Part shown: piece by piece, positions 37,234 through 46,801 of the stretch
Position numbering within the stretch: position 1 is the stretch's first letter
Layout: every line of letters starts with the position of its first letter
NCBI GenBank assembly: GCA_016191815.1
Contig: JACPVI010000070.1
Span: 1-64,000, forward strand
DNA length: 64,000 bases
Direction: 5' to 3'
Origin: Myxococcales bacterium
Lineage (GTDB): Bacteria; Myxococcota; Myxococcia; Myxococcales; Myxococcaceae
Notes under the pieces: model-generated
Seen by the model: the letters and a program-made list of their open reading frames with translations, nothing else
Databases searched by the model: none
Told to the model about the DNA's origin: nothing
Position numbers and translations under genes: made by a program

Positions 37234-39219
37234 ATGCGGATCGTCAGCATCGGCGGTGGGCCGGCGGGGCTTTTCTTCGGCGTGCTGATGAAGTCCGCCT
37301 TCCCCCGGGCGGAGATCACCGTCCTCGAGCGCAACCGCCCCGACGAAACCCAGGGCTGGGGCGTGGTCTTCTCCCACGAGACATTAGGCAACATCGGCGC
37401 GGCCGACCCGAAGACCTACCGCGCTCTCTCCGAGCGCTTCGCCCACTGGGACGAGGTGGAGGTGCGCTTCCGGGGACAGCGGATCACCTCCGCGGGGCAC
37501 GGGCTCTGCGGCCTCCCCCGCCGGGAGCTGCTCGGCGTCCTCCACGCCCGCTGCACCGAGGTGGGCGTGAAGCTGGAGTTCCAGCGCGAGGTGAAGACCC
37601 TCTCGCAGCTCGACGGGGTGGACCTCATCATCGGCGCCGATGGAATCGGTAGCTGGGTGCGGGATCAGCTATCGGCTCAGTTGGGCCCCAACCTCGACTG
37701 GCGGAGGTGTCGCTACTGCTGGATGGGCTCCACGCTGCCGCTTCGCGCGCTCACCTTCATCCTCAAGGAGAGCCCGCACGGGCTCTTCCAGGTGCACGCC
37801 TACCCCTCCGACGCGCGCAGCTCCACCTTCGTGGTGGAGTGCCGCGAGGAGGTGTGGCGAAGGGCCGGGCTGGAACGCGCCATGGAGGCCGACACCGTCG
37901 CCTTCTGCGAGCGGCTGTTCGCCGAGGAGCTGCAAGGCGCGAAGCTCCTCACCAATCGCTCCAGTTGGCGCGCCTTCCCAATCGTGCGGAGCGAGCGCTG
38001 GCACCACGAGCGGGTGGTGCTGCTCGGCGACGCCGCGCACACCGCCCACTTCTCCATCGGCTCGGGCACCAAGATGGCCATGGAGGACGGCATCGCCCTG
38101 GTGGCCGCCTTCCGCGAGCTGGGCCTCAACGACGTCCCCCGCGCCCTCGCTGCCTACGAAGCCGCCCGGAGGCCCGAGGTGGAGAGGGCCCAGCGCACCT
38201 CCCAGACCAGCCTGGAATGGTTCGAGGACGCCTCCCGCTACCTCGAACAGGAGCCGATCCAGCTCGCCTTCAACCTGCTCACCCGCGCCAAACGCACCCA
38301 CGAAACCCTCCGCAAGCGCGACCCGGCCTTCATCCGCCGGCTGGACGAGTGGATGGCCGACCGCCAAAAGGCGCCTCGCGCCTCCGACGGCTCGCCCCCT
38401 CCACCCATCTTCACTCCCTTCGAGCTCCGTGGCCTTGCGCTCGCAAACCGCATTGCCCTCGCCCCTTTGGGCCTGGAGGAAGCGGCGAACGGCACGGTGG
38501 GGGACGCGCAGCTCGTCCATCTGGGCAGCCGCGCCCAAGGCGGAGTGGGCCTGGTCTGCACCGAGGTGACCGCCATCAGCGCCGACGGACGGGCCACCGC
38601 GGGCAGCGCGGGCATCTATCGCGCCGAGCACGCCTCGGCATGGAGGCGGATCGTCGATTTCATTCACGGCCGCTCACGGGCCAAGGTCTGCCTGGTCCTG
38701 GGGCATGCCGGCCCTGCCAAGAAGTGGGAGGACTTCTCCCGCGCCGCCGCGCACGCCGCCGAGGCCGGCTTCGACCTGCTCGCGGTGGAGCTGTCGCCTT
38801 TCCTCCGCCGCTCCGGCGGCCACCTCGAGGCGCTGGAGGCGGTGCGCCGGGGCTGGGGTGAGCAGCGGCCGCTCTCGGCGCTGCTCTCCGCTGGCGGGAG
38901 AGAGGACGCCACCGCCGGCGAGCTGGTCGAGCTGGCTCGGCTGCTCCGGACGCGCGGAGTGGATCTCCTCCACCTGCTCTGCCCCACCTCGATGGCGCCG
39001 GGAGCGCACGCGCCCATCGCCGAGCGGCTCCGCTTCGAGGCCAAGCTGCCCGTGCTGGTGCAAGCCGGCCTCCGCTCGGCCGACGAGGCCAACACCCTGG
39101 TCGCGGCGGGGAGGGCGGACCTCTGCGCGCTCTCCTCGCCGCTGCTCGAGGATCCCCACCTCGTGCTCAGGGCCGCTCGGGACGCCGGCTACGATGCGGC
39201 TCCCTACGGGCCCCGGTAG
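37234..39219 (+). CDS. Fusion of an FAD-dependent aromatic-ring monooxygenase (N-terminal) with an Old-Yellow-Enzyme-like NADH:flavin oxidoreductase (C-terminal). It resembles bifunctional salicylyl-CoA 5-hydroxylase-type proteins
   Basis: IVSIGGGPAGLFFGVLM is the FAD GxGxxG. LLGDAAHTAHFSIGSGTKMAMEDG is the DAAH motif. The C-terminal half FTPFELRGLALANRIALAPL...GGVGLVCTEVTAIS is an OYE N-terminal signature. The ORF-track extension from 36211 is rejected. Confidence 0.7.
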   Translation: MRIVSIGGGPAGLFFGVLMKSAFPRAEITVLERNRPDETQGWGVVFSHETLGNIGAADPKTYRALSERFAHWDEVEVRFRGQRITSAGHGLCGLPRRELLGVLHARCTEVGVKLEFQREVKTLSQLDGVDLIIGADGIGSWVRDQLSAQLGPNLDWRRCRYCWMGSTLPLRALTFILKESPHGLFQVHAYPSDARSSTFVVECREEVWRRAGLERAMEADTVAFCERLFAEELQGAKLLTNRSSWRAFPIVRSERWHHERVVLLGDAAHTAHFSIGSGTKMAMEDGIALVAAFRELGLNDVPRALAAYEAARRPEVERAQRTSQTSLEWFEDASRYLEQEPIQLAFNLLTRAKRTHETLRKRDPAFIRRLDEWMADRQKAPRASDGSPPPPIFTPFELRGLALANRIALAPLGLEEAANGTVGDAQLVHLGSRAQGGVGLVCTEVTAISADGRATAGSAGIYRAEHASAWRRIVDFIHGRSRAKVCLVLGHAGPAKKWEDFSRAAAHAAEAGFDLLAVELSPFLRRSGGHLEALEAVRRGWGEQRPLSALLSAGGREDATAGELVELARLLRTRGVDLLHLLCPTSMAPGAHAPIAERLRFEAKLPVLVQAGLRSADEANTLVAAGRADLCALSSPLLEDPHLVLRAARDAGYDAAPYGPR

Positions 39220-39433
39220 CTCCGGCCCGACGCTGGTGTGACCTGTTAACCCCATTGGTGTACGAATTCCGCACACCTGCCGGCATTTGGAAGGCGGCGC
39301 TCGATTCTTCTTCTGATTTCTAGCGGACTTGAGAGCGTTAAATGGAGCTGACGAATGGCACATCGATTGCTGTCTAGCCGCGGATTTCACCGACCGCCTC
39401 CGCGGCGGGTAAGTCGGCAAGCGAGGGTCATCA
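39220..39433 (+). promoter_or_regulatory. Lower-GC intergenic region, presumed promoter/5'UTR of the protease gene
   Basis: 214 bp, visibly AT-richer than the flanks (ttaaccccattggtgtacgaattcc...tttctagcggacttgagagcgttaaatgg). Confidence 0.3.
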
Positions 39434-41155
39434 ATGAGTCAGCGCGTCCTTCATCTCGTGATTGTTTTGGGGCTCCTCCCCGGCGCCGCCCTGGCGGCCG
39501 ATGGGCGGTACATGGTGAAGTTTGCCGATGCCGCACAGGGGAAGGCGGCGGTGTTCGCGGCCGGAGGGAAGATTGCCCTCGAGCTGGGCCCTCAGAGGGT
39601 GGCGGCGGTCTACCTTCCCGCCTCGGCGGTCGCGGCGCTGGAGAAGAGCCCGCATGTCGAGTACGTGGAGGATGATCCGCGGCGCTTCCCCTCGGCGCAG
39701 TCAGTGCCCTACGGCATCGACATGGTGCAGGCGCCGCTGGCCTGGCCGCTGGCCACCGGCGTCAATCGCACGGTGTGCGTGATCGACTCCGGCTTCTACG
39801 TCGGGCATCAGGATCTCCAGAGCGCCGGAGTCTCCGGGTACCCGGCCGGCTGGGACAAGGACGGCTGCGGCCACGGCTCCCACGTCTCGGGCACCATCGC
39901 CGCCCTCAACAACGCGGACGGCGTGGTGGGAGTGTTGCCGAACGGGGTGAACCTCCACATGGTGAAGGTGTTCGGCGACGACTGCAGCTGGACCTACTCC
40001 TCGGGCCTGGTGGACGCGCTCAACCGCTGCCGCTCCGCCGGCGCCAACGTGGTGAGCATGAGCCTGGGCGGCAGCTTCAAGAGCATCACCGAGCAGCGCG
40101 CCTTCAACGATGCCTACGCGGCCGGGGTGCTCTCCGTCGCCGCCGCCGGCAACGGCGGCAACACCACCTTCAGCTACCCGGCCTCCTACTCGTCGGTCAT
40201 CTCGGTGGCGGCGGTCGACTCGGCCAAGCAACACGCTTCCTTCTCGCAGCGGAACAGCCAGGTGGAGCTGGCGGCGCCCGGCGTGGCGGTGCTCTCCACC
40301 GTGCCCTGGCTCGAGTCCAACTCCCTCACCGTCGACGGGGCGAGCTACCAGGCCAACTACGTGGACGGCGCGGCGCGGACCGCGGGTGTCTTGGGCGCGC
40401 TGGTCGACGGCGGCCTGTGCGACTCGGTCGGCTCCTTCGCTGGCGCGGTGGTGCTCTGCCAGAGAGGAACCATCAGCTTCCTCGACAAGGTGAAGAACGT
40501 CCAGGCCGGAGGCGGCGCGGCGGCGGTCATCTACAACAACGCCCCGGGCAACTTCTTCGGCACCCTGGGCACCGGCAACACCAGCGCCATCCCGGCGATC
40601 AGCCTGAGCCAGGAGGACGGCCAATTCCTGGTCTCCCAGAAGCTCGGCCTCTCGGGCACGGTAGTGAGCCTGCTCAGCAAGCCCGCCAGCGGCTACGAGG
40701 CATGGGACGGCACCTCCATGGCCACTCCGCACGTCTCCGGAGTCGCCGCGCTGGTGTGGAGCTACAACTCCGCCTGGACCAACGAGCAGATCCGCAAGGC
40801 GCTGCAGGCCACCGCGGAGGACTTAGGGGACGCCGGCAAGGACAACTCCTTCGGCTACGGGCTGGTGCAAGCCAAGGCCGCCCTCGATTACCTCATCAAC
40901 TCCTCCGGCGGGAGCGGCGGCTTCTCGCTCAATGCGGTCGGCTACAAGTCGAAGGGCCAGGCCAAAGTGGACCTCTCCTGGTCCGGCGCAGCCTCTGCGA
41001 GCGTGGACGTCTACCGGAACGGCTCGCTCGTCGCCACCACCGCCAACGACGGGGCGCACACCGACTCGCTGGGAAGGGTGACGGGGACGTTCACTTACAA
41101 GCTCTGCGAAGCTGGCACCGCCACCTGCTCGAACGAGTCCACCGTCACCTTCTAG
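39434..41155 (+). CDS. Secreted subtilisin-family (S8) serine protease with an inserted PA domain
   Basis: Catalytic triad contexts are VCVIDSGF, HGSHVSGTIAA and GTSMATPHVSG. PA-like insert is GGLCDSV...VVLCQRGTISF. Confidence 0.85.
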   Translation: MSQRVLHLVIVLGLLPGAALAADGRYMVKFADAAQGKAAVFAAGGKIALELGPQRVAAVYLPASAVAALEKSPHVEYVEDDPRRFPSAQSVPYGIDMVQAPLAWPLATGVNRTVCVIDSGFYVGHQDLQSAGVSGYPAGWDKDGCGHGSHVSGTIAALNNADGVVGVLPNGVNLHMVKVFGDDCSWTYSSGLVDALNRCRSAGANVVSMSLGGSFKSITEQRAFNDAYAAGVLSVAAAGNGGNTTFSYPASYSSVISVAAVDSAKQHASFSQRNSQVELAAPGVAVLSTVPWLESNSLTVDGASYQANYVDGAARTAGVLGALVDGGLCDSVGSFAGAVVLCQRGTISFLDKVKNVQAGGGAAAVIYNNAPGNFFGTLGTGNTSAIPAISLSQEDGQFLVSQKLGLSGTVVSLLSKPASGYEAWDGTSMATPHVSGVAALVWSYNSAWTNEQIRKALQATAEDLGDAGKDNSFGYGLVQAKAALDYLINSSGGSGGFSLNAVGYKSKGQAKVDLSWSGAASASVDVYRNGSLVATTANDGAHTDSLGRVTGTFTYKLCEAGTATCSNESTVTF

Positions 41156-41966
41156 AAACACTGGCGGCCAGCTCGAGCTGGCGCCGCCACTGGCCGTAGG
41201 CCCGCCCTCGGCCCGCCAGGCTCAGCAGATGCTTTCGGACCGGCTCCAGGCTTCCTCGTGGCGCGCTCCGCCAGGCGGTGCCCGGGAGCGGCATGAAGGC
41301 GTGCGCATGCACCCGCGCCCCAAGCTCGGTGAGCCTTCCCACGAGCGTGAGCGTGGCCCGGACGTCCTCGGGCGTTTCCCCCGGAAGGCCGAAGATGAAG
41401 TCCACGTTGGGCACGAAGCCGGCCTCGGCCGACAGCCGCACCGCGCGCTCCACCGACTCGGCGTCGTGCCCCCGGTGGCACTCGCGGAGGAGGCGGTCCG
41501 AGCCGGACTGCCCGCCGATGATCAGGTTGTCGTTGTCCACGTAGCGGCGGATGACGGCCAGGGCCTCGGCGGTGACCTGCTCGGGGCGAAGCTCCGAGGG
41601 GAAGGTGCCGAAGAAGACGCGGCCGGACGGGCCGATCTCCTCCCTTGAAGCGGCGAGCAGTTCCTCGACCGCCGCGAGGTGCACCGAGCCGTCGGAAGAG
41701 CCGTAGGAGAGCGCGCTCGGGGTGATGAAGCGCACGTCGCGGAGCTTCGCCTTGCGGATCTGTCGCACCCACCTTCGTACCTCCGGCACGGAGCGGTGGC
41801 GAAAGCACGCGCGATGCAGGGACGGAGTCTGGCAGAACCGGCAGGCCCAGATGCAGCCGCGGGTCAGCTCGATCGGGCCGAACATCCGCTGCCGCACCGA
41901 GAAGGGAGGAAAGTCGTCCAGCTCGATCGGCTCGGCTCGCCCCTGGCTCGAGAGCTTCCCTTCCAC
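41145..41966 (-). CDS. Radical SAM domain protein (CX3CX2C = CIWACRFC), small (~273 aa)
   Basis: ELTRGCIWACRFCQTP and a downstream glycine-rich motif FFGTFPSE. Confidence 0.6.
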   Translation of the reverse strand: MEGKLSSQGRAEPIELDDFPPFSVRQRMFGPIELTRGCIWACRFCQTPSLHRACFRHRSVPEVRRWVRQIRKAKLRDVRFITPSALSYGSSDGSVHLAAVEELLAASREEIGPSGRVFFGTFPSELRPEQVTAEALAVIRRYVDNDNLIIGGQSGSDRLLRECHRGHDAESVERAVRLSAEAGFVPNVDFIFGLPGETPEDVRATLTLVGRLTELGARVHAHAFMPLPGTAWRSAPRGSLEPVRKHLLSLAGRGRAYGQWRRQLELAASVSRR

Positions 41967-42127
41967 CAGGTGGGCCAGGCCGCGGCCCTGGAGCGGTTCT
42001 TCTCCACGGAGGAGCCGCCGGAGAAGCTCGATCAGCGTTCGCTCCCCCTCTCCGACGGCGACCGCGTCGAAGCCGGCTCGGAGGGACGCTCGAGCTGGAG
42101 GGCAGCTTCGGCGGTCCGCTGGCCAAG

Positions 42128-42652
42128 GTGGCGGGCACTGTGCTCCCGCTGCCGCTGACCACGGTGGGGGCGAGCTACGGAATCTCCGAGCGCGCGGACC
42201 TCAATGCTCACCTGCACGGCACCACCTTGGCGTTCGGAGTGGCGGGCCTCGACGCGGGCGGGACCTACCTGGCAGCGCGTCAGGACGGCTGGGTGCCGGC
42301 CCTGGCGGTGCACGGGCGCCTGTATGGCTTCACCGACCTGAAAGCCTTCCGGCCGTATCTCGAGCTGGGAGGCGCGGCGAGCTACCTGTGGCGCGAGCGC
42401 TTCACCAGCTACCTCTCCGCGAATGCGCTCGGGCAGGCCGGTGCGCCTCCGCTCCTCTCTTTCGCTGCCGGCGAGGAGGTGCGGCTGGGGCGAGCGGCGC
42501 TGCAGCTCGAGCTTCGCTGGTTCCAGCCCGGCATCGACACCCAGAGGATGGCGGTGGACTGGCTGCCTTTGGGGCGGCTTGGGACCTGGGGAGTGGTGCT
42601 GGGCACCAGGGTGCAGCTCGGCTCGGACGGATCGGCAGGAGGCTCCCCATGA
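42128..42652 (+). CDS. Hypothetical beta-rich protein; the start is uncertain (no clear signal peptide) and the stop overlaps the next start (ATGA)
   Basis: GTG at 42128. Alternating hydrophobic pattern. Translationally coupled to the hydrolase gene. Confidence 0.35.
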   Translation: MAGTVLPLPLTTVGASYGISERADLNAHLHGTTLAFGVAGLDAGGTYLAARQDGWVPALAVHGRLYGFTDLKAFRPYLELGGAASYLWRERFTSYLSANALGQAGAPPLLSFAAGEEVRLGRAALQLELRWFQPGIDTQRMAVDWLPLGRLGTWGVVLGTRVQLGSDGSAGGSP

Positions 42653-43479
42653 GGTCCGCCGCGCTCCTGCTCTTCGCCTTGGCCACGAGCGGCTGCTTCA
42701 AGCTGGATCCGTTCCTCTACGAGCCGGAGCGGAAGGAGAAGTACGATTTCGAGCCCGACGGCGGCACTCCCGAAGAGACGGTGACCGCCGACCGGATCGA
42801 GCCGGTCCGCATCGAGGTGGACGCCACCCTCTCCCTGGGAGCGGTCTACCTCAGGGGCAGCGTCCAGCCGCCCCTGGCGCATGTGATCTTCTTCCACGGC
42901 AAGGGCGGGCACCTGGACAAGGCTTTCCCGCGGGCGAAGCGGTGGGCCAACCTGGGCTTCGACGTGCTCGCCTTCGACTACCGCGGCTGGGGCAACTCCA
43001 CCGCGGTGACCCCGACCGAGGCGGGCATCGAGCAGGACACCCGCGCGGTGCTGGCCTGGATGGTGGCGCGGGTTGGCGCCGATCGGCTCGTCTATTACGG
43101 ACAGTCGTTCGGGACCGCCACCTCCACCCAGCGCGCCGAGCTGGATCCGCCGCGGGCGCTGATCCTCGAATCCGGGTTTGCCTCCGTCCAGGCGTTCGCG
43201 CGCGACTCGACGCAGATGGACTTCCCGGCGAGCTTCATCGCCAATGACGGCTGGGACACCGAGGGCCGGCTGGGGAACGTGCGGGCGCCGGTGCTGATCC
43301 TCCACGGCCTTTCGGACGACTTCGTGCGGCCGGAGTTCTCCCAGGCGCTCTATGAGGCGGCCAACCAGCCGAAGAAGCTCATCCTGGTGGAGGGGGGCGG
43401 CCACAGCGATCTCCCCAAGGTGATGGGCGAGGAGTACGGCGAGGCCATCCGGAGCTTCGTCGCCGCTCATCTCCGCTGA
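42649..43479 (+). CDS. Alpha/beta-hydrolase lipoprotein
   Basis: Lipobox LFALATSGC. GQSFG is the nucleophile elbow GxSxG. HGKGGH and the C-terminal HGLSDDFV...GGGH are also present. Confidence 0.7.
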   Translation: MRSAALLLFALATSGCFKLDPFLYEPERKEKYDFEPDGGTPEETVTADRIEPVRIEVDATLSLGAVYLRGSVQPPLAHVIFFHGKGGHLDKAFPRAKRWANLGFDVLAFDYRGWGNSTAVTPTEAGIEQDTRAVLAWMVARVGADRLVYYGQSFGTATSTQRAELDPPRALILESGFASVQAFARDSTQMDFPASFIANDGWDTEGRLGNVRAPVLILHGLSDDFVRPEFSQALYEAANQPKKLILVEGGGHSDLPKVMGEEYGEAIRSFVAAHLR

Positions 43480-43543
43480 CGCCGCCGGCCCGCGGGGGCC
43501 GCATGGGTGACCCCTTGCTATGTTAGTCAACCTTAGCTAGGTT

Positions 43544-43786
43544 TTGGAGGTGCGCCGGGTCAACGTTCATGAGGCAAAGACGCAGCTCTCACGCCTCCTG
43601 GAGGAGGTCGAGGCAGGCGAGCGCGTGGTGATCGCGCGAGCGGGGGAGCCCGTCGCTGTGCTCGCGCCATACCGGGCGGCGGTGCGCAAGCGGCGCCTCG
43701 GGCTGTTTGCAGGCCAGGCGCGCATTCATGACGACTTTGACCAGTTGCCCCCGGACATCGCGGCGGCGTTCGGGGAGACCGAGTGA
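43544..43786 (+). CDS. Phd/YefM-family antitoxin
   Basis: RVNVHEAKTQLSRLLEEVEAGERVVIARAGEPVAVL. Confidence 0.75.
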   Translation: MEVRRVNVHEAKTQLSRLLEEVEAGERVVIARAGEPVAVLAPYRAAVRKRRLGLFAGQARIHDDFDQLPPDIAAAFGETE

Positions 43787-44172
43787 AGCTGCTGCTCGAC
43801 ACGCACGTGGTTCTGTGGAGCGCAAGCGAGCCCCAGAATCTGTCATCGGTGGCGCTGGCGGCGCTCGAAGACGGCGCGAATGAGGTGCTGGTCAGCGTGG
43901 TGTCGGCGTGGGAGATCGCGATCAAGCAGTCCCTCGGGAAGCTCGATCTGCCCAAGCCGGCTGAGCGGTGGCTGCCGGAAGTGCTGCGGCGGACGGGCTT
44001 CGAGGTTGCAGAGCTGGGCCTCTCGGCCGCACTGCGGGTTCGTGGTTTGCCCTGGCACCATCGCGATCCGTTCGATCGACTGCTGATCGCCCACGCGCTC
44101 GAGGACGGCTATACGCTCGTGACCCGCGACGGTGTCTTGGCGGAGTACGGCGTGCCGCTTTTGGAGGCTTGA
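43783..44172 (+). CDS. vapC: PIN-domain toxin VapC
   Basis: MKLLLDTHVVLW...VSAWEIAIK...DPFDRLLIAHAL; overlaps the antitoxin by 4 bp. Confidence 0.8.
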   Translation: MKLLLDTHVVLWSASEPQNLSSVALAALEDGANEVLVSVVSAWEIAIKQSLGKLDLPKPAERWLPEVLRRTGFEVAELGLSAALRVRGLPWHHRDPFDRLLIAHALEDGYTLVTRDGVLAEYGVPLLEA

Positions 44173-44196
44173 GAGGGAGGTCGCGGCAGGGCGGCG

Positions 44197-45951
44197 TCAG
44201 GGCCTTGTGGCCTTCCGCGCCGAGAGCAAGAGCCCGTCCGGCTCGGCGGTGACCAGGAACCGCCAGAAGAAGTTGACCCCGAGGATGGCGTCGGTGCCCT
44301 CCGGCAGCTCCTCCACCACCGCGACTCGCAGCCTCTCGGCCGACGCCTTGCCGAGCCCCAGTCGGTCTAGCTCTACGAGGCGCGCCGGCACCATCTTGCC
44401 CGCTGCTCGGACCTCGATCGCCGGCTGCTCGGAAGGCTTCAAGCCGATCCGCGAAGCGAAGGCGCTGCCGACGAGGGTGTAGCTCGTCCGCCCGGAGATA
44501 ACGAGCTGCGCGGGCTTGCCGTTCAACCGCGCCGCCACCTTCACCACCGGCTGACCGGGCTCGAAGCGGAGCGTGGCCTTTCCCCTTCCGGCGAGCTTGT
44601 CGCAGCCGCCGGCCAAGAACAGCTCGGAGCGGCGCTCGAGCGCCCAGTCCTCCTCCTGGTCCGGGCGCTGTTCCAGCCAGTACTGCAGCGCGAACGCGGC
44701 CTCGCAGGGGCGGGCGAGCTTCTCTTCCGCCCACTTCGCGTACCGCCCGGCGGCGAACCCGTTGGGCCGGTTGGCCATCGACTGGTGGTAGTCGCTCGCG
44801 GCCTGCTCGTACTCTCCCCGCTCGGCGTTCGCCTGCCCGCGCCACCACCAGAAGTCGGAGTCCTCCGGCGCATCCTCGATGAGCTGGGTGGCCACCAGGG
44901 CGGCCTCCTTCCACTCGCCCCGCTGCTCGCGGGCGACCATCGACACCCACAGCAGCCGAGGCCACTCGCCGCAGCGCCCCAGGAACCTCTCCACCAGGAG
45001 GAGCGCGGCGCCGTGATCGCCGTCGCGGTTCAGCCGCTCGCCCAGCTCGAGCGCTCTGCGCTTGTTGCACTGCACTCCGTCGATTGCCGCCTCGGTGTGG
45101 CGCTTGCGCGCCGCCGCCGCGTCCTCGAGCCGCCCGGCCTTGGTGTAGATGTCGGCGAGCTGCTCGGCCGCCAAGGCGTTCGCCGGGGTTTCCTGGTGCT
45201 CGCGCTCCAGCCTGGCGCGCACGTGGCGGTCGGCGTAGCTCTCCACGCTCTCGGTCCGCCGGGTGAGGACGAAGGGCACCGCCGAGACCCCGCCGGCCAC
45301 CACGAGCTCGAAGGCGACCACGAAGGCGATGCGCCGCCGCCGCCGCCGGGACCGTTCGGCTCGCTCGTCCTCGTCTTCCGGCGCGGCTTCCGGTCGGGCG
45401 CGGATCACCATGGTGCGAGAGACGAGATCGGCCAGGGTCCGACGGTCCGGCCGCTGGAGGGCGAGGAACGTGCCCAGCACCGCCGCGGCGAGGACGAAGA
45501 CCGAGGCGTAGGCGAGGACGGCGCTCATCCCGGAGGGAGCGAGGAAGGTGGCCACTCCGAGGAGCGAGGCCACGAAGCCCATCGCCAGGGTGAGGAGAAA
45601 GGCCGCCGGGAAGAAGCCGCGGCCGATCAGCTCGCGGAACAGGAGGTCGCCCGGATTGGCCGGGTGGCCATTCAGCGCCACCAACTGGAGTCCGCACAGG
45701 CGCATCCCCAAAGTGGCGCGGAAGGCGCCGAGCGGGACCACCGAGTAGCCGAGCACCGCCGCGAGCACTCCCCACATCGGAAGCACCACCCCCTGGGTGA
45801 GGAGCGGCACCAGGAAATACGCCGCGGCGAGCCCGACAACAATCGCCGCGTCCAGCAACCCGGCGATGATGCGGCGCCCGAGGGGCGCGGGGGGCAACGG
45901 CGGGGGATCTTTGGGCATGGGCTCTCCGGTGCGGCAGGCGGACGCGCTCAT
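44197..45951 (-). CDS. RDD-family membrane domain + TPR region + C-terminal retropepsin-like (TIGR02281-type) domain whose catalytic Asp appears replaced
   Basis: N-terminal RRIIAGLLDAAIVVGL with ~4 TM helices. TPR-like repeats in the middle. The C-terminal domain aligns to the bacterial clan-AA aspartic protease pattern, but DTGA reads SGRTS. Confidence 0.5.
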   Translation of the reverse strand: MSASACRTGEPMPKDPPPLPPAPLGRRIIAGLLDAAIVVGLAAAYFLVPLLTQGVVLPMWGVLAAVLGYSVVPLGAFRATLGMRLCGLQLVALNGHPANPGDLLFRELIGRGFFPAAFLLTLAMGFVASLLGVATFLAPSGMSAVLAYASVFVLAAAVLGTFLALQRPDRRTLADLVSRTMVIRARPEAAPEDEDERAERSRRRRRRIAFVVAFELVVAGGVSAVPFVLTRRTESVESYADRHVRARLEREHQETPANALAAEQLADIYTKAGRLEDAAAARKRHTEAAIDGVQCNKRRALELGERLNRDGDHGAALLLVERFLGRCGEWPRLLWVSMVAREQRGEWKEAALVATQLIEDAPEDSDFWWWRGQANAERGEYEQAASDYHQSMANRPNGFAAGRYAKWAEEKLARPCEAAFALQYWLEQRPDQEEDWALERRSELFLAGGCDKLAGRGKATLRFEPGQPVVKVAARLNGKPAQLVISGRTSYTLVGSAFASRIGLKPSEQPAIEVRAAGKMVPARLVELDRLGLGKASAERLRVAVVEELPEGTDAILGVNFFWRFLVTAEPDGLLLSARKATRP

Positions 45952-46077
45952 CTACCAGAGCGGCGCCCGTGCTCCCACGGCCGACGCGAATTGGGCGGAA
46001 GCCGCACGCGGCTGGGCGCCATGGCCCCACCGGCGACACGCATGCCCGCCGTCTGGGCCTCGGGTACGCTGTGAGCG

Positions 46078-46782
46078 ATGAGGTGGTTTGCGCGCCCCGC
46101 GGCGTCCCGGGCCGGCCGCTCCGGACTCTTCTCTCTGCTCGCCGTGGCTTCCGGCTGCATCGTGCCGGGCATCCCTCCTTTGGCATCGCTTGGCCACGCG
46201 GTGAATGCCCGGCCAACCGTGGAGGACGAGTCGCAGGTCCACCGGCTCCATGCCGGCGCCGGGCCGCTGGTGGCCGTCACCGATCGTTCGGTGGTGGCGG
46301 CAGGGTTCCCGGTCCAGGCCGCGCTCTCCCTCAGGCTGGCGCCGGAGTACGAGCTCTCGATCGTCGGGGCGAACTGGCTCCTGGGAGTCGAGGGCGACCT
46401 GACGCTCCAGCGCGGCCCGAGGACGCGAATCGGCTTCCTCCATGGAGTAGCGACCGCGGCGTACTTCGAGTCGCCAGGCAGCTCTTCCCTGAGATGGGCG
46501 CTCTTCGTGAATCCCACCGCCGGGATTCTCTTCGAGCTGCCCGCCGGTGAGAACGACCGCTTCTTCGCCGGGGCTCGGTACGCCTACGCCACGGCGATCG
46601 CCAACAGCGGCGTCTTCATCCAGCCCGCCCACTACCTCCTCGCCGGAGGAGGCTACAGCCTCTCGGCGGGCAGGCTTCGGGTATCCCCGGAGCTGCTGCT
46701 CGGAGCCACCTGGAATGACTCCAGCAGCACGGGCCCGGCCTGGCTCATCCTTCCCTCGGTCGGCTTCTCCGCTCCGTTTTGA
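46078..46782 (+). CDS. Lipoprotein / OMP-like hypothetical
   Basis: Lipobox LLAVASGCIV. Beta-rich, ends ...GFSAPF. Confidence 0.45.
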   Translation: MRWFARPAASRAGRSGLFSLLAVASGCIVPGIPPLASLGHAVNARPTVEDESQVHRLHAGAGPLVAVTDRSVVAAGFPVQAALSLRLAPEYELSIVGANWLLGVEGDLTLQRGPRTRIGFLHGVATAAYFESPGSSSLRWALFVNPTAGILFELPAGENDRFFAGARYAYATAIANSGVFIQPAHYLLAGGGYSLSAGRLRVSPELLLGATWNDSSSTGPAWLILPSVGFSAPF

Positions 46783-46801
46783 CCGCATCGCCGGTGCGAC
46801 C

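Noticed and set aside
41966-42162. Possible N-terminal B12-binding extension of the small radical SAM protein (ORF 41152..42162 in another frame)
   Set aside because: Different frame and low-complexity translation. There is no evidence for a frameshifted fusion.
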